Positions 19,612 to 29,069 of a DNA stretch of 43,582 bases are shown piece after piece. Every line of letters starts with the position of its first letter. The first letter of the stretch is position 1. The notes below the pieces were generated by a model, which worked only from the letters and a program-made list of their open reading frames with translations, did no database searches and was not told the DNA's origin. The position numbers and the translations under genes were made by a program. This DNA comes from Promethearchaeota archaeon. Lineage in GTDB: Archaea; Asgardarchaeota; Lokiarchaeia; Sigyniarchaeales; SOKP01. The stretch is taken from positions 1 to 43,582 of the forward strand of contig JBHLMQ010000024.1 of the NCBI GenBank assembly GCA_048938005.1. The letters run 5' to 3'.

Positions 19612-20043
19612 TTAATTACCATCCGTACGTTTTTCTATAGTCATTAGTACATTTATTATATTAATTAGTATTAAAAGAAATCCCACAACTGCTAGGTATA
19701 ATCCAATACCTGCATTAGGGAGGTATCCTAAATATGTAATAATAATCCTAATATAATCAACAAAAAATATTATCAAAAAGCCTAAACCTACAAAAAATAT
19801 AATAACAGATTTAATTTTTAACTCTGTTTTATAAATGATTAAAATACTAGCGATTAGACAAATAATACCACTCATTAAAGGAAATAGAAATAAAAATGCA
19901 TCAGAAATAGCTACAGATATAGTACTAATATAAATCTCAATTAAGGTAGATTCAGAAAACCATGAAAAAAATTCAGACAATATTATTATTATAGAACCAA
20001 TTAAACCTATTATATATGTATTTAAGTACTTTTTTAGTTCCAT
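19612..20043 (-). CDS. Hypothetical membrane protein (about 4 TM)
   Basis: Highly hydrophobic 143-aa ORF with 'FFSWF' and 'GIGLYLAVVG' segments. Confidence 0.7.
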   Translation of the reverse strand: MELKKYLNTYIIGLIGSIIIILSEFFSWFSESTLIEIYISTISVAISDAFLFLFPLMSGIICLIASILIIYKTELKIKSVIIFFVGLGFLIIFFVDYIRIIITYLGYLPNAGIGLYLAVVGFLLILINIINVLMTIEKRTDGN

Positions 20044-20177
20044 AAAATTTCATACAGATTTTTTGATTCAAATTGAAAAATTATAAAAATTCAAAAAGAA
20101 TAATATTAAAATAAGTTTTGAAAATATTAATTTTTCTGAGATTTTGAATACCCAATTAAATAATAAAAAGGATTGAA

Positions 20178-21584
20178 ATGACATCACAAATTGAATCCGA
20201 GATAGAAACAGAATCGCCTCCGCTATTTAATTATTTAAAGCAAGAAATTCCACTTGAAGATATAAGAGATTATGCATCACCTCGAAGAATTACATCAATT
20301 GATTTTTTAAAAGGTTTTGCGATAGTCTTTGTAATACTAGCTCATACATCGCAAGGATGGCTGGATGCCGATTCATTGTATCTTTATGGACTCCTTTTTG
20401 CCCTCTTAGATATTCTTGGTCCCTCATTATTTGTGTTCCTCTCAGCATTAAGTGTCATATTTAGTATTAAAAGAAAAGAAGGTATAATACACCCTAAAAT
20501 TATCCGAAATCGAATTTTTACGCGTGGCATTGTAATGATTGTTTTAGGAATGCTTACTAATATAATAGGTGTTGATCTAAAAACAGGAAAAGTCGTTGTA
20601 ATAATTTTTGGTTGGAATATTATTACTTTTATAGGATTCTCTCAAATTTTTTCTTATTATATCTTAAAAATAAAAAAGTCTTACCGTATTGTAATAGGAT
20701 TAATCATAATTATTCTCTCTCCCTATTTAAGAGCTATTCTTTATGAAGGGATAAAGACAGGAAATATATTATTAACCATTTTCCATTATATTATAACCTC
20801 TCCAACCCCTCATCTAACTCTTCTTCCTTGGGTTTCAATATGTTTTATTTCTACCATTTTTGGTGAATATATATTTGAAGCAATGAATAAAGGAACGATA
20901 AATGCTTATATTGGTTTGTTTAGGATCTTTTTTGTCTGGGGAATAATTTTTATTATTATTGGAATTTTTGTTCCCTTTCCTAGTGGGCTAAATCTTGCCG
21001 ATTGGCAACCTGGTTGGGCCCTACAAACTCCAGCTACTATGGAATTATCTGAATATCCTCATTTAGGTTTATTAGCAATTGCGCAGAGTCAATTGGATAT
21101 TCCTGGAATGCCAAATTTCTTAATAAGAGGAACAAGCGCAAATATGTTTTATAATCAAGGAGCTGCATTATTAATTATAGCCATTTTCTTTTACTTTATT
21201 GATATTAAAAAAAAATCCAATGACCTCACCAATACTTTAATATATTTCGGTAAAGTTTCTTTAAGCCTTTTCTTAATTCATTTCGTATTCCTTCCACTTT
21301 TCTTTAATCAATTTGGTGTAGCCCTATTTTTAATTATTGTTTTTTCTTATGTAGGATTCTTAGGGATCTTTATGTACATTTGGATGGAATATGCTAAAGG
21401 AGTCGGTTCACCCGAATGGTTAATGGTTCAATTAGGTAGAATAGGGCAAAAATCAGGTGAAGCTGTTAAGAAAACAACTAAAAAAATGTATGATAGAATT
21501 AAAAAGCGTGAAAAAGTTAAAAAAATGGAAGATTTCATGAAAAAATTGAGTAAAGACAGCGAAAATGGAAAAACAACAGAATAA
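20178..21584 (+). CDS. HGSNAT-like/DUF1624 membrane acyltransferase (paralog 1)
   Basis: RITSIDFLKGFAIVFVILAH motif, 'GPSLFVFLSALS', 'GKVSLSLFLIH' and C-terminal G.PEW; about 11 TM. Confidence 0.75.
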   Translation: MTSQIESEIETESPPLFNYLKQEIPLEDIRDYASPRRITSIDFLKGFAIVFVILAHTSQGWLDADSLYLYGLLFALLDILGPSLFVFLSALSVIFSIKRKEGIIHPKIIRNRIFTRGIVMIVLGMLTNIIGVDLKTGKVVVIIFGWNIITFIGFSQIFSYYILKIKKSYRIVIGLIIIILSPYLRAILYEGIKTGNILLTIFHYIITSPTPHLTLLPWVSICFISTIFGEYIFEAMNKGTINAYIGLFRIFFVWGIIFIIIGIFVPFPSGLNLADWQPGWALQTPATMELSEYPHLGLLAIAQSQLDIPGMPNFLIRGTSANMFYNQGAALLIIAIFFYFIDIKKKSNDLTNTLIYFGKVSLSLFLIHFVFLPLFFNQFGVALFLIIVFSYVGFLGIFMYIWMEYAKGVGSPEWLMVQLGRIGQKSGEAVKKTTKKMYDRIKKREKVKKMEDFMKKLSKDSENGKTTE

Positions 21585-21626
21585 ATATATCAATTCGCGG
21601 ATTAAATAGAAAAAGTAAGATTTCTA

Positions 21627-22910
21627 ATGTATAAAACACGAATATTTTTTTTCATAGCTTGTGTTATCAATGCTTTCTATTTGATTTTAACTTACATTTT
21701 CTTTTATTTTTTAGATAGTCCTTTAATGAATATTAATGAAAATGATTATCTGTCATTTTATTATGCTGGTTTGAATGTTTTAGAAGATTTGCCTAATTTA
21801 TATAACTCTTCACTTTCTCCTTTTCCATTTAGATATTTACCAATTTCAGCTTATTTTTTTACACCATTTTCAATTTTGGGATTAAAATTGGGCTATTTTA
21901 TTTTCCAAATTTTCAATTTCTTTCTAAACATCTTAATTATTTATCTGATCTATAAAATCATTCAGATTTATAAGGGCTTAAGGAATAACTCTAATTTACT
22001 TTATAAATTAAACACCTTTCGAGATATTTTTGATAAAACGGAAAACGAATCCATTCTTCATCAAAACGCGGTTTTTCTAATAATGCTCCCGCAATTTATG
22101 AATTATTTCTTAGGACAAATTAATATTTTAGTTTCAATTTTCATTCTTTCTTCACTTTTTTATTTTTTGAAAGGAGGAGTTAAGAATGATTTGTTAGGAG
22201 GATTCTTATTAGGATTAGGAGTTTCAATTAGACCAACATTAATTTTTGTTTTACCATTTTTAATAGTTTTAAACTATAATAGAGATACTAAGAAATTTAC
22301 TTTTAATTTTAAAAAAACTGTTATGAGATTATTAGGATCTGTGATATTAATATTGATCTCAGGAGTTTACTTTTTAGTTTATCCGCAAATGTTAATAGAT
22401 TTTATTGATGTTAATCTTGCTGGAAGATATACATATGCTATTGAAGGAGGATTAGAAATTAATCCTTCATTCAGTCTTACTAGAATAATCTTAATTTTCC
22501 TGCAATTGATTAAAGTAGATATTAATGGTTTTTTAGTTTTTATTATTATAGCCATATTACTCTTAGTTCCAATGTTTTTTCTGTATATTCATGACTCAAA
22601 TCACCCGATTAATTTAATCAATGGATATTTAGCAGGGATATTAATAATGCTAATAGTATATTTTGATTCTTGGCCTCATCATATTGTCGTTTTGACACCT
22701 TTCTTAATTTTTTTCATTCTCATATATAAAAATTTTAAATCCTATAAACTATTCAAATATCTTCATTATCTATTAGCTATATTGATGGTTATTTTCTGGG
22801 GAATTTTTTATCTATCATATAAATTTTTCCCATTTAATGCGGGAGGATTAATTTTATTGATGCTATTATACTACTGCTTAATTGTATATTATGTAAATCA
22901 AGTTAGATAG
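21627..22910 (+). CDS. GT87-like (GT-C fold) membrane glycosyltransferase
   Basis: DYLSFYYAG, FRYLPISAYFFTP, GQINI, 'GLGVSIRP', NPSFSL and SWPHH motifs typical of the GT87/DUF2029 family. Confidence 0.8.
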   Translation: MYKTRIFFFIACVINAFYLILTYIFFYFLDSPLMNINENDYLSFYYAGLNVLEDLPNLYNSSLSPFPFRYLPISAYFFTPFSILGLKLGYFIFQIFNFFLNILIIYLIYKIIQIYKGLRNNSNLLYKLNTFRDIFDKTENESILHQNAVFLIMLPQFMNYFLGQINILVSIFILSSLFYFLKGGVKNDLLGGFLLGLGVSIRPTLIFVLPFLIVLNYNRDTKKFTFNFKKTVMRLLGSVILILISGVYFLVYPQMLIDFIDVNLAGRYTYAIEGGLEINPSFSLTRIILIFLQLIKVDINGFLVFIIIAILLLVPMFFLYIHDSNHPINLINGYLAGILIMLIVYFDSWPHHIVVLTPFLIFFILIYKNFKSYKLFKYLHYLLAILMVIFWGIFYLSYKFFPFNAGGLILLMLLYYCLIVYYVNQVR

Positions 22911-23105
22911 AATTTTTCGAAGTGCTATAAAAACTACTCTTAAAACTAGAGTTTTTTGAGCTTAGAACTGCTCTTATATTAAACTAACCATAAAGGTAAC
23001 AAAAAGGTTTTAAAAAGTATAAATGTTGAATAATAATATAACAATTTTAGTTAGGAAATTAATGGTTTCGTTATTCAATTAATAATAAATAGAGTAGAAC
23101 CAAGA

Positions 23106-24371
23106 ATGTCAACAATAATTGAAGAAGAATTTAACAATGATATTAAAAAGGATACGTCAAAACGTATTGGTTCAATAGATTTTGTTAAAGGATTTGCAAT
23201 AGTTTGGATAGTCTTAGCTCATGTAGGTCTCAGTTGGTTCGATCGCGATTGGGTATATGTATATGGACTTGTTTTTGCATTTATGGATATTCTAGGCCCT
23301 TCTTTATTTGTTTTTCTTTCAGCTCTTAGTGTAGTTTTCAGTTACAAAAGAAAACAAGGAAAAATGTCACAAAAGGTAATTCGCAATGGGATTTTGGTAA
23401 GAGGCGGAGTAATTATTATTATAGGTGTACTTTTCAATCCAATATCTTTATTCACGTCAGGTGTAAACGTTCCTTTTCCTGCAAATTTGTGGGGTTGGAA
23501 CATACTAATGTTTATTGGATTCTCTCAGATTTTCTCTTATTATGCAATAAAATTCAATAAGATTACACGTGCAGTGATAGGTATAGTTATTATTTACTTT
23601 TCTCCTTGGATTCGAGAACTCCTCTATGAATTTAAGGAGGGAAATATAGCAGTAACTATCTTACATTTTATTATAACTTCTCCACTTCCCCAGGTACCGA
23701 TTTTACCATACTTAGCAGTCTGTTTCATGTCCACAATATTTGGAGAGTTTCTTTATGATGCAATGATGAGAGGGACCAAAGAAGCTTATTATAAGTTATT
23801 CCGAATATTTTCCATCTATGGTATAGCATTTGTATTAGTTGGGATATTCATAATTGTTCCTAGGGGAGTTGCTTTCGATATATGGGATTTTGGATTGACA
23901 CGAGTAATTCCTGGAATTGAATCAACTTCAACTACAATAGTACGATCAGAATACTTGCATATTGATTTATTGGGTATCGCTAATCAACAAACTTATTATA
24001 AGTTTGGGGCAATGCCAATATTTATGATAAGATGTACTGCTCATAATATGTTCTACAATCTTGGTGTAGCTTTTGTACTTATTGCAATAACCTTTTATTT
24101 TATCGATATAAAAAAGAAATCTAATGATGTCATAAAATTAGTCATATTTTATGGAAAAACAAGTCTCTCTCTTTTTCTAATTCAATATCTATTTCTTCCA
24201 TTATATACTGGTCAATTATCAATAATATTTTTGCCAATTGTTTGGGTTGGTTATTGTGGCTTTTTAGGTTTACTTATGTATATTTGGTTAAAATATTTTA
24301 ACGGTGTTGGAACACCCGAATGGATTATGAGAAAAATTGGAAGTGCTGGAAAAAAAAAGAAAAAATCGTGA
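23106..24371 (+). CDS. HGSNAT-like/DUF1624 membrane acyltransferase (paralog 2)
   Basis: RIGSIDFVKGFAIVWIVLAH, identical DILGPSLFVFLSALSV block, FIGFSQIFSYY and GTPEW; clearly paralogous to 20178..21584. Confidence 0.75.
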   Translation: MSTIIEEEFNNDIKKDTSKRIGSIDFVKGFAIVWIVLAHVGLSWFDRDWVYVYGLVFAFMDILGPSLFVFLSALSVVFSYKRKQGKMSQKVIRNGILVRGGVIIIIGVLFNPISLFTSGVNVPFPANLWGWNILMFIGFSQIFSYYAIKFNKITRAVIGIVIIYFSPWIRELLYEFKEGNIAVTILHFIITSPLPQVPILPYLAVCFMSTIFGEFLYDAMMRGTKEAYYKLFRIFSIYGIAFVLVGIFIIVPRGVAFDIWDFGLTRVIPGIESTSTTIVRSEYLHIDLLGIANQQTYYKFGAMPIFMIRCTAHNMFYNLGVAFVLIAITFYFIDIKKKSNDVIKLVIFYGKTSLSLFLIQYLFLPLYTGQLSIIFLPIVWVGYCGFLGLLMYIWLKYFNGVGTPEWIMRKIGSAGKKKKKS

Positions 24372-24573
24372 AAGAGATCTCATTTAGAGGAATATAAAAA
24401 ATAATTAGGCTATATTATAAAGATATAAATATCTTTAAAAGATATATGAAATAATAAGAAATGAATTAATTATTAATAAAATACACTAAATTTAATTCAA
24501 ATTATATAAAATTTTTTATATCTGACATTAAAAGAAATGCTCTAAATATTTATTTTCTACGAGGAGATTGATA

Positions 24574-25095
24574 ATGAGTACAGATTCTCAATATAAATTC
24601 AAAATTACTCTTTTTGGACCTGGTGGTGTAGGTAAAACATCTCTTTTATTGCGTTATATAAAAGATTACTTCAGTGATGACTTAAAAAAAACTATAGGTA
24701 GTAATTTTTTAATCAAAGACGTCGAACTTGATAAAAAAAGTGTGCGTCTCCTTCTCTGGGATATTGGAGGGCAACCACAATTTCACAAACTTCGAACTAT
24801 TTATTTTAAAGGTAGTAATGCCGCACTTGGCGTTTTTGACTTATCATCTAGTCAAACTCTTCTTAAGATTCCTGGATGGGTAAGTTCTATTAAGAAAACG
24901 GTGAAAAAAGCTATACCTATGTTACTTTTAGGTAATAAAGTTGATCTAGAAAGAGAAGTTGATCGGAAAGAAGCAGAAGATACAGCAAAAAGGCTAAATT
25001 GTGAATATATGGAAACATCAGCAAAGACAGGAGAAAATGTAGAATTAGCATTTGAAAAGATCGCAAAAGCATGTCTTGAAGATATAAGTGAATAA
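24574..25095 (+). CDS. Rab-like small GTPase (Ras superfamily)
   Basis: G1 GPGGVGKT, G2 TIG, G3 WDIGGQ, G4 NKVD, G5 ETSAK; Rab-like 'LRTIYFKG'; ATG at 24574. Confidence 0.9.
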   Translation: MSTDSQYKFKITLFGPGGVGKTSLLLRYIKDYFSDDLKKTIGSNFLIKDVELDKKSVRLLLWDIGGQPQFHKLRTIYFKGSNAALGVFDLSSSQTLLKIPGWVSSIKKTVKKAIPMLLLGNKVDLEREVDRKEAEDTAKRLNCEYMETSAKTGENVELAFEKIAKACLEDISE

Positions 25096-25112
25096 ACAAT
25101 TTAATGGCTTTT

Positions 25113-25730
25113 TTACAAAACCTTTAATTTTTTAAGCTCTTCTATAAGTACATCTGTATTAGTGTATTTTATACTTATAATTCCTAATTCCTTAGCGGAA
25201 CGTATATTATTTAATCCATCATCTATATAGACTATTTGTTCTGGTTTACAACCAATTTTCTGAATAGCATATTCAAAAATTTTTGGATTCGGTTTGATCA
25301 GATGAATTTCATGTGAAAGGATTAATTCATCAAAATAATTCATAAAATCCCATTTTTTATCTAATATATAATTCCAATGACTGGAGTTCACATTGGATAA
25401 AGCTATAAGTTTATATTGATTACTATCTCGTATTTTTTTGATTATTTCGATTACATCTGAATTGATACCTGAAATAATACTATTAAATGCATTGAAAAAT
25501 TCAGATTGATCTAACATACAAACTTGAAGAAGGTCACAGGCAAGTTGGTAAAATTCGTCATCAGTCATATTTCCTTGATGGTATATGTCAGATTGTCTAA
25601 AAAATTCTAGCATAATTGGTGTTTGGGGTTTGTTTAAAGGTGATTGCGTAATTATTTTGTTATAGAAATTAGAAAAATCTAAATCTATAACTACTCCTCC
25701 TAAATCAAAAATAAATGCTTTAATTGTCAT
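25113..25730 (-). CDS. HAD-superfamily phosphatase (YihX-like)
   Basis: FDLGGV, LSN, KP and IDD motifs. Confidence 0.9.
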   Translation of the reverse strand: MTIKAFIFDLGGVVIDLDFSNFYNKIITQSPLNKPQTPIMLEFFRQSDIYHQGNMTDDEFYQLACDLLQVCMLDQSEFFNAFNSIISGINSDVIEIIKKIRDSNQYKLIALSNVNSSHWNYILDKKWDFMNYFDELILSHEIHLIKPNPKIFEYAIQKIGCKPEQIVYIDDGLNNIRSAKELGIISIKYTNTDVLIEELKKLKVL

Positions 25731-25757
25731 AAGATTTAAAAAACTTGTTAATTAGAT

Positions 25758-27818
25758 TCACTTTCTGAAATAAATTTTCGTTGAAAACCTTCTAAATGGC
25801 ATTGGCAATTTATACTTTGGGAAATTTCTGGTGTCATCTTCCAGCAATTCAAACAATTTATCTATCTTTACATTATTTAATTGTTCAGAAGTTAGTTTTT
25901 TTGGACCAAAAGGTTTACCAATCAATCTTTTTCTAATTGAAATTGTTTGATTCTGCTGTTCTTTTTTACCTATTATTACTGTATACGGTATCCATTCTAT
26001 TTCTGATTGTCTTATTTTTTTCCCTACAGTTTCTTCCCGATCATCAAAATCTGCTCTAAATTCTTCTCCATTAAGGATATTAAGTACTTTTTCAGCATAT
26101 TCATTCTGATCATCACTTACAGTAATAATTCGCACTTGAATTGGAGATAACCATGTTTTAAATCCTGGAACTAATTTATCTTTATTTCGAATTGATGACT
26201 CAATCAAACCCCATAATACTCTCTCTAATCCTCCAGTTGGAGAATTATGAAGAATAATCGGATGTTTTACTTGACTATCAATATCTTTAAAAGATATATT
26301 ATATTTTTGCCTATTTACACCGTCATTATCAACCATATATTCTAAGGAGCTCTCTACATCTATCTGGTTGGTTGCTAATGTTGCACTTCTGTTTTGAGCA
26401 GAAAGCACATTTCTTTCAAATTTTAATATATAATAATAATACCTCTCATCCCATAATTCTAATAACACAGGGTGTTTTTCTGTTTTGATTAAATTGACAA
26501 TCCAATCCTTGTTTTCCTCATAAAAAGTTCTCGTAACTCTGAAAATTGTATAACTTTTTATCCCTAAATCTTTTTCCAAATCACTAATTAATTTATACTG
26601 CTTTATAAACTCATCAATCGACGATTTCAAAGTTTTACAAAGTGTATGAAGGTCAGGCATAATAAAACCACGTAGCCTTCTCAATCCGGATAGTTCACCT
26701 TCTTGTTCTCTTCGAAAATCATACTGCTCATATTCATATACTCGTAATGGAAAGTATTCTGGTTTTAAATTCATTTGAGAGAATAAATCAAACAGAAGAA
26801 AATCACTGGCATATCTTAAAAGATACCTATCTTTCCCGGATTCAAGCCAATAACTTCTTGCAGGAAAACGAGCGGTTTGAGCTGTTAATTTTTTATTTTT
26901 TACCGTATACATAATTGGAGTATCAATAAGAACTGCCCCATAATCTATTAATCTATCTTCTACAAAATTCTTTATTAAATTCTTCATAATAACTCCTTTT
27001 GTATACCATCTAAAATTGCCTGCATCAGTATTGGGATCAAAATCCACTAATTCAAACTCTTTCATTACTTTAATATGGGCTGGCTCGATTGCTTTATCAA
27101 CCCTTCTAGACCCTAATTCAGATTTTAGAAATAAATTAAAATCCTCATCTTTAATCTCTTTAGGGACTAGAACATTCCCATCTTCATCAAAATTTATATC
27201 TAATTCCTTTCCTAAAGGTGTAATTATTTTAAATACTGAATTTTTAATTTGTTCTTCAGGCTTAATAGCTAGTTTCACATCTCTATACATTTCAGCTACT
27301 TCATGACCTAAACAATCAATCTTAAATGACTTATACCACCCAAATGGAGAAAATTTTGCTTCAATTCCTTTCTCTTCTAAAAATTTAGCGATTTTAGGGC
27401 ATACTTCCATTGCACTTGCTTCATTACTGAGAAATTTACTTAAATGCGCCCAGGGGTAAACTAAAACTTTATCTACACGATACATATCCCGATTTTTAAT
27501 GAGTTCTAGTAGTTTCCTCGGTTTTCCTTTAATTTCACCTCTCTCAATCTTCTTATTGTGTTCCCTTATTTCTTCATTTTTTTGCCTGATATTTTCAGGA
27601 AAACCTGTAATTTGCAATATAGCTGCTTCGATTTCTTCAGCACCTTGTCTAGCAATTAATTCAATATCATAAGTATCTTGATCTTCAACAGAGACAAAAC
27701 AGACAAGAATTAAACCTTCCATTTTTATAAAATCATCAGCAAATTCCTGTGGGTTGCTCGTTGCTTCTTTATTCTTAATAACTTCAACATTTTGAGAGTG
27801 AATTAATAAAATTTTCAT
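25758..27818 (-). CDS. thrS: Threonine--tRNA ligase (archaeal type with N-terminal editing domain)
   Basis: MKILLIHS start (ATG 27818), YPWAHLS and PFGWYK editing domain, FRREQEGEL..LRRLRGFIMPDLH, and an anticodon-binding domain. Confidence 0.95.
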   Translation of the reverse strand: MKILLIHSQNVEVIKNKEATSNPQEFADDFIKMEGLILVCFVSVEDQDTYDIELIARQGAEEIEAAILQITGFPENIRQKNEEIREHNKKIERGEIKGKPRKLLELIKNRDMYRVDKVLVYPWAHLSKFLSNEASAMEVCPKIAKFLEEKGIEAKFSPFGWYKSFKIDCLGHEVAEMYRDVKLAIKPEEQIKNSVFKIITPLGKELDINFDEDGNVLVPKEIKDEDFNLFLKSELGSRRVDKAIEPAHIKVMKEFELVDFDPNTDAGNFRWYTKGVIMKNLIKNFVEDRLIDYGAVLIDTPIMYTVKNKKLTAQTARFPARSYWLESGKDRYLLRYASDFLLFDLFSQMNLKPEYFPLRVYEYEQYDFRREQEGELSGLRRLRGFIMPDLHTLCKTLKSSIDEFIKQYKLISDLEKDLGIKSYTIFRVTRTFYEENKDWIVNLIKTEKHPVLLELWDERYYYYILKFERNVLSAQNRSATLATNQIDVESSLEYMVDNDGVNRQKYNISFKDIDSQVKHPIILHNSPTGGLERVLWGLIESSIRNKDKLVPGFKTWLSPIQVRIITVSDDQNEYAEKVLNILNGEEFRADFDDREETVGKKIRQSEIEWIPYTVIIGKKEQQNQTISIRKRLIGKPFGPKKLTSEQLNNVKIDKLFELLEDDTRNFPKYKLPMPFRRFSTKIYFRK

Positions 27819-27943
27819 AATAAATCCTTTTTTTAGTCTGTTATCCAATACCTTATAATAAGTTCTAAATATTTTACTTAATTTTGATATATAATTATAT
27901 TCAAAATTCAAATTAATTATTACTAAAATTTAGTTCTATTATT

Positions 27944-28555
27944 ATGAACCTTAAAAAAGCTTTTTCAGAAATAACTGAGTTATTAGAAATATTGTATCAA
28001 GATAGAGAAGAAATTTTAAGATTATCTCGTAATATAATTAGGGATTCTAGCATCGCTATAAAAAATATTCATAGAAAAGAATATGATAAGTATCAAGAAA
28101 AAATAGACAAGATTAAGATTAACCACCAGGATTTAACTAAATTAGTTAATAAGAATCCTGGAATTTTTTTCAAATATTTAAAAACACCTGAGCAAGAATT
28201 TGCAGAATCTATTACTTTTTATTCAATAATTAACAAAAAAGAAATTCCAACACCATTCGAATTAGAGATTAATCCTTTAAATTTTATTTTAGGTTTGGCA
28301 GATGTAATAGGGGAATTGCGAAGATTTGCTTTAGATAACATTAGAAATTCACAAGTTGAAGATTTGAATGAAATTTTGGAAAGTATGGATGAAATATATA
28401 CATATCTATTTACACTAGATTACCCTGTAGGAGTAACTCAAGATCTAAGACATAAAGTAGATGTTGCTAGAAATATAATCGAAAAAACTAGAGGAGATAT
28501 CTCTCTTGCTATTCAAATGAACGATTTAAAAAAATGTTTTGAGGAAAATATGTAA
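27944..28555 (+). CDS. Translin/TRAX (C3PO) family ribonuclease
   Basis: DREEILRLSR, QEFAES, LGLADVIGELRR and LRHKVD motifs with the acidic catalytic residues intact. Confidence 0.88.
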   Translation: MNLKKAFSEITELLEILYQDREEILRLSRNIIRDSSIAIKNIHRKEYDKYQEKIDKIKINHQDLTKLVNKNPGIFFKYLKTPEQEFAESITFYSIINKKEIPTPFELEINPLNFILGLADVIGELRRFALDNIRNSQVEDLNEILESMDEIYTYLFTLDYPVGVTQDLRHKVDVARNIIEKTRGDISLAIQMNDLKKCFEENM

Positions 28556-28612
28556 ATTAAAATATTCTAATGAAATAATCAATTTAAACAATTATTTATG
28601 AGATGAGTTAAT

Positions 28613-29065
28613 ATAAGGAAAAAGGTACTTATTGCAGGGACATTCGATTTAATACATCCTGGCCATATATTTCTTATCAATGAAGCTGCGAAATTAGGAG
28701 ATGTATATATAATCGTAGCCACTGATAAGAACCGTAGATTATATTCAGGAACATCTCCAATAATACCACAGGAACAGAGATTAGAAGTCATAAAAAGCAT
28801 AAAGCAGGTTAAGGACGCGAGATTAGGAAGAAATGATAACGATACTCTAAAAACAGTGGAAGAAATTAATCCAGATATTATTTTGCTAGGACCTGATCAG
28901 AAATATGGTGTAGAGATACTGAAGAACGGACTCAAAGCAAAAGGATTAAATAAAATTGAAGTTAGGAGACTTGAAACTTACTATGATAAGTATGAGTTAC
29001 ATAGTTCAAGTTTAATAAAACAAAAAATTATAGAAAAAAATAAGGAAGACAAATCAAAAAATTAA
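28613..29065 (+). CDS. ribL: FAD synthase (cytidylyltransferase-like); start uncertain (ATA 28613)
   Basis: The in-frame region upstream of the track ORF at 28856 encodes KKVLIAGTFDLIHPGHIFLINEAAKLGDVYIIVATD...QRLEVI...PDIILLGPDQ...SSSLIK (HxGH motif). Adjacent to ribK. Confidence 0.85.
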   Translation: MRKKVLIAGTFDLIHPGHIFLINEAAKLGDVYIIVATDKNRRLYSGTSPIIPQEQRLEVIKSIKQVKDARLGRNDNDTLKTVEEINPDIILLGPDQKYGVEILKNGLKAKGLNKIEVRRLETYYDKYELHSSSLIKQKIIEKNKEDKSKN

Positions 29066-29069
29066 GATA

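Noticed and set aside
22931-22960. Small ACTCT/AGAGT hairpin with T-run after the GT87 gene
   Set aside because: Weak stem, at most an ordinary terminator.
28598-28606. UGA at codon 3 of ribL as selenocysteine
   Set aside because: The position does not correspond to a conserved Cys, and I saw no SECIS-like hairpin downstream.
28579-28800. Minus-strand 73-aa ORF
   Set aside because: Antisense shadow of the FAD synthase N-terminal half.
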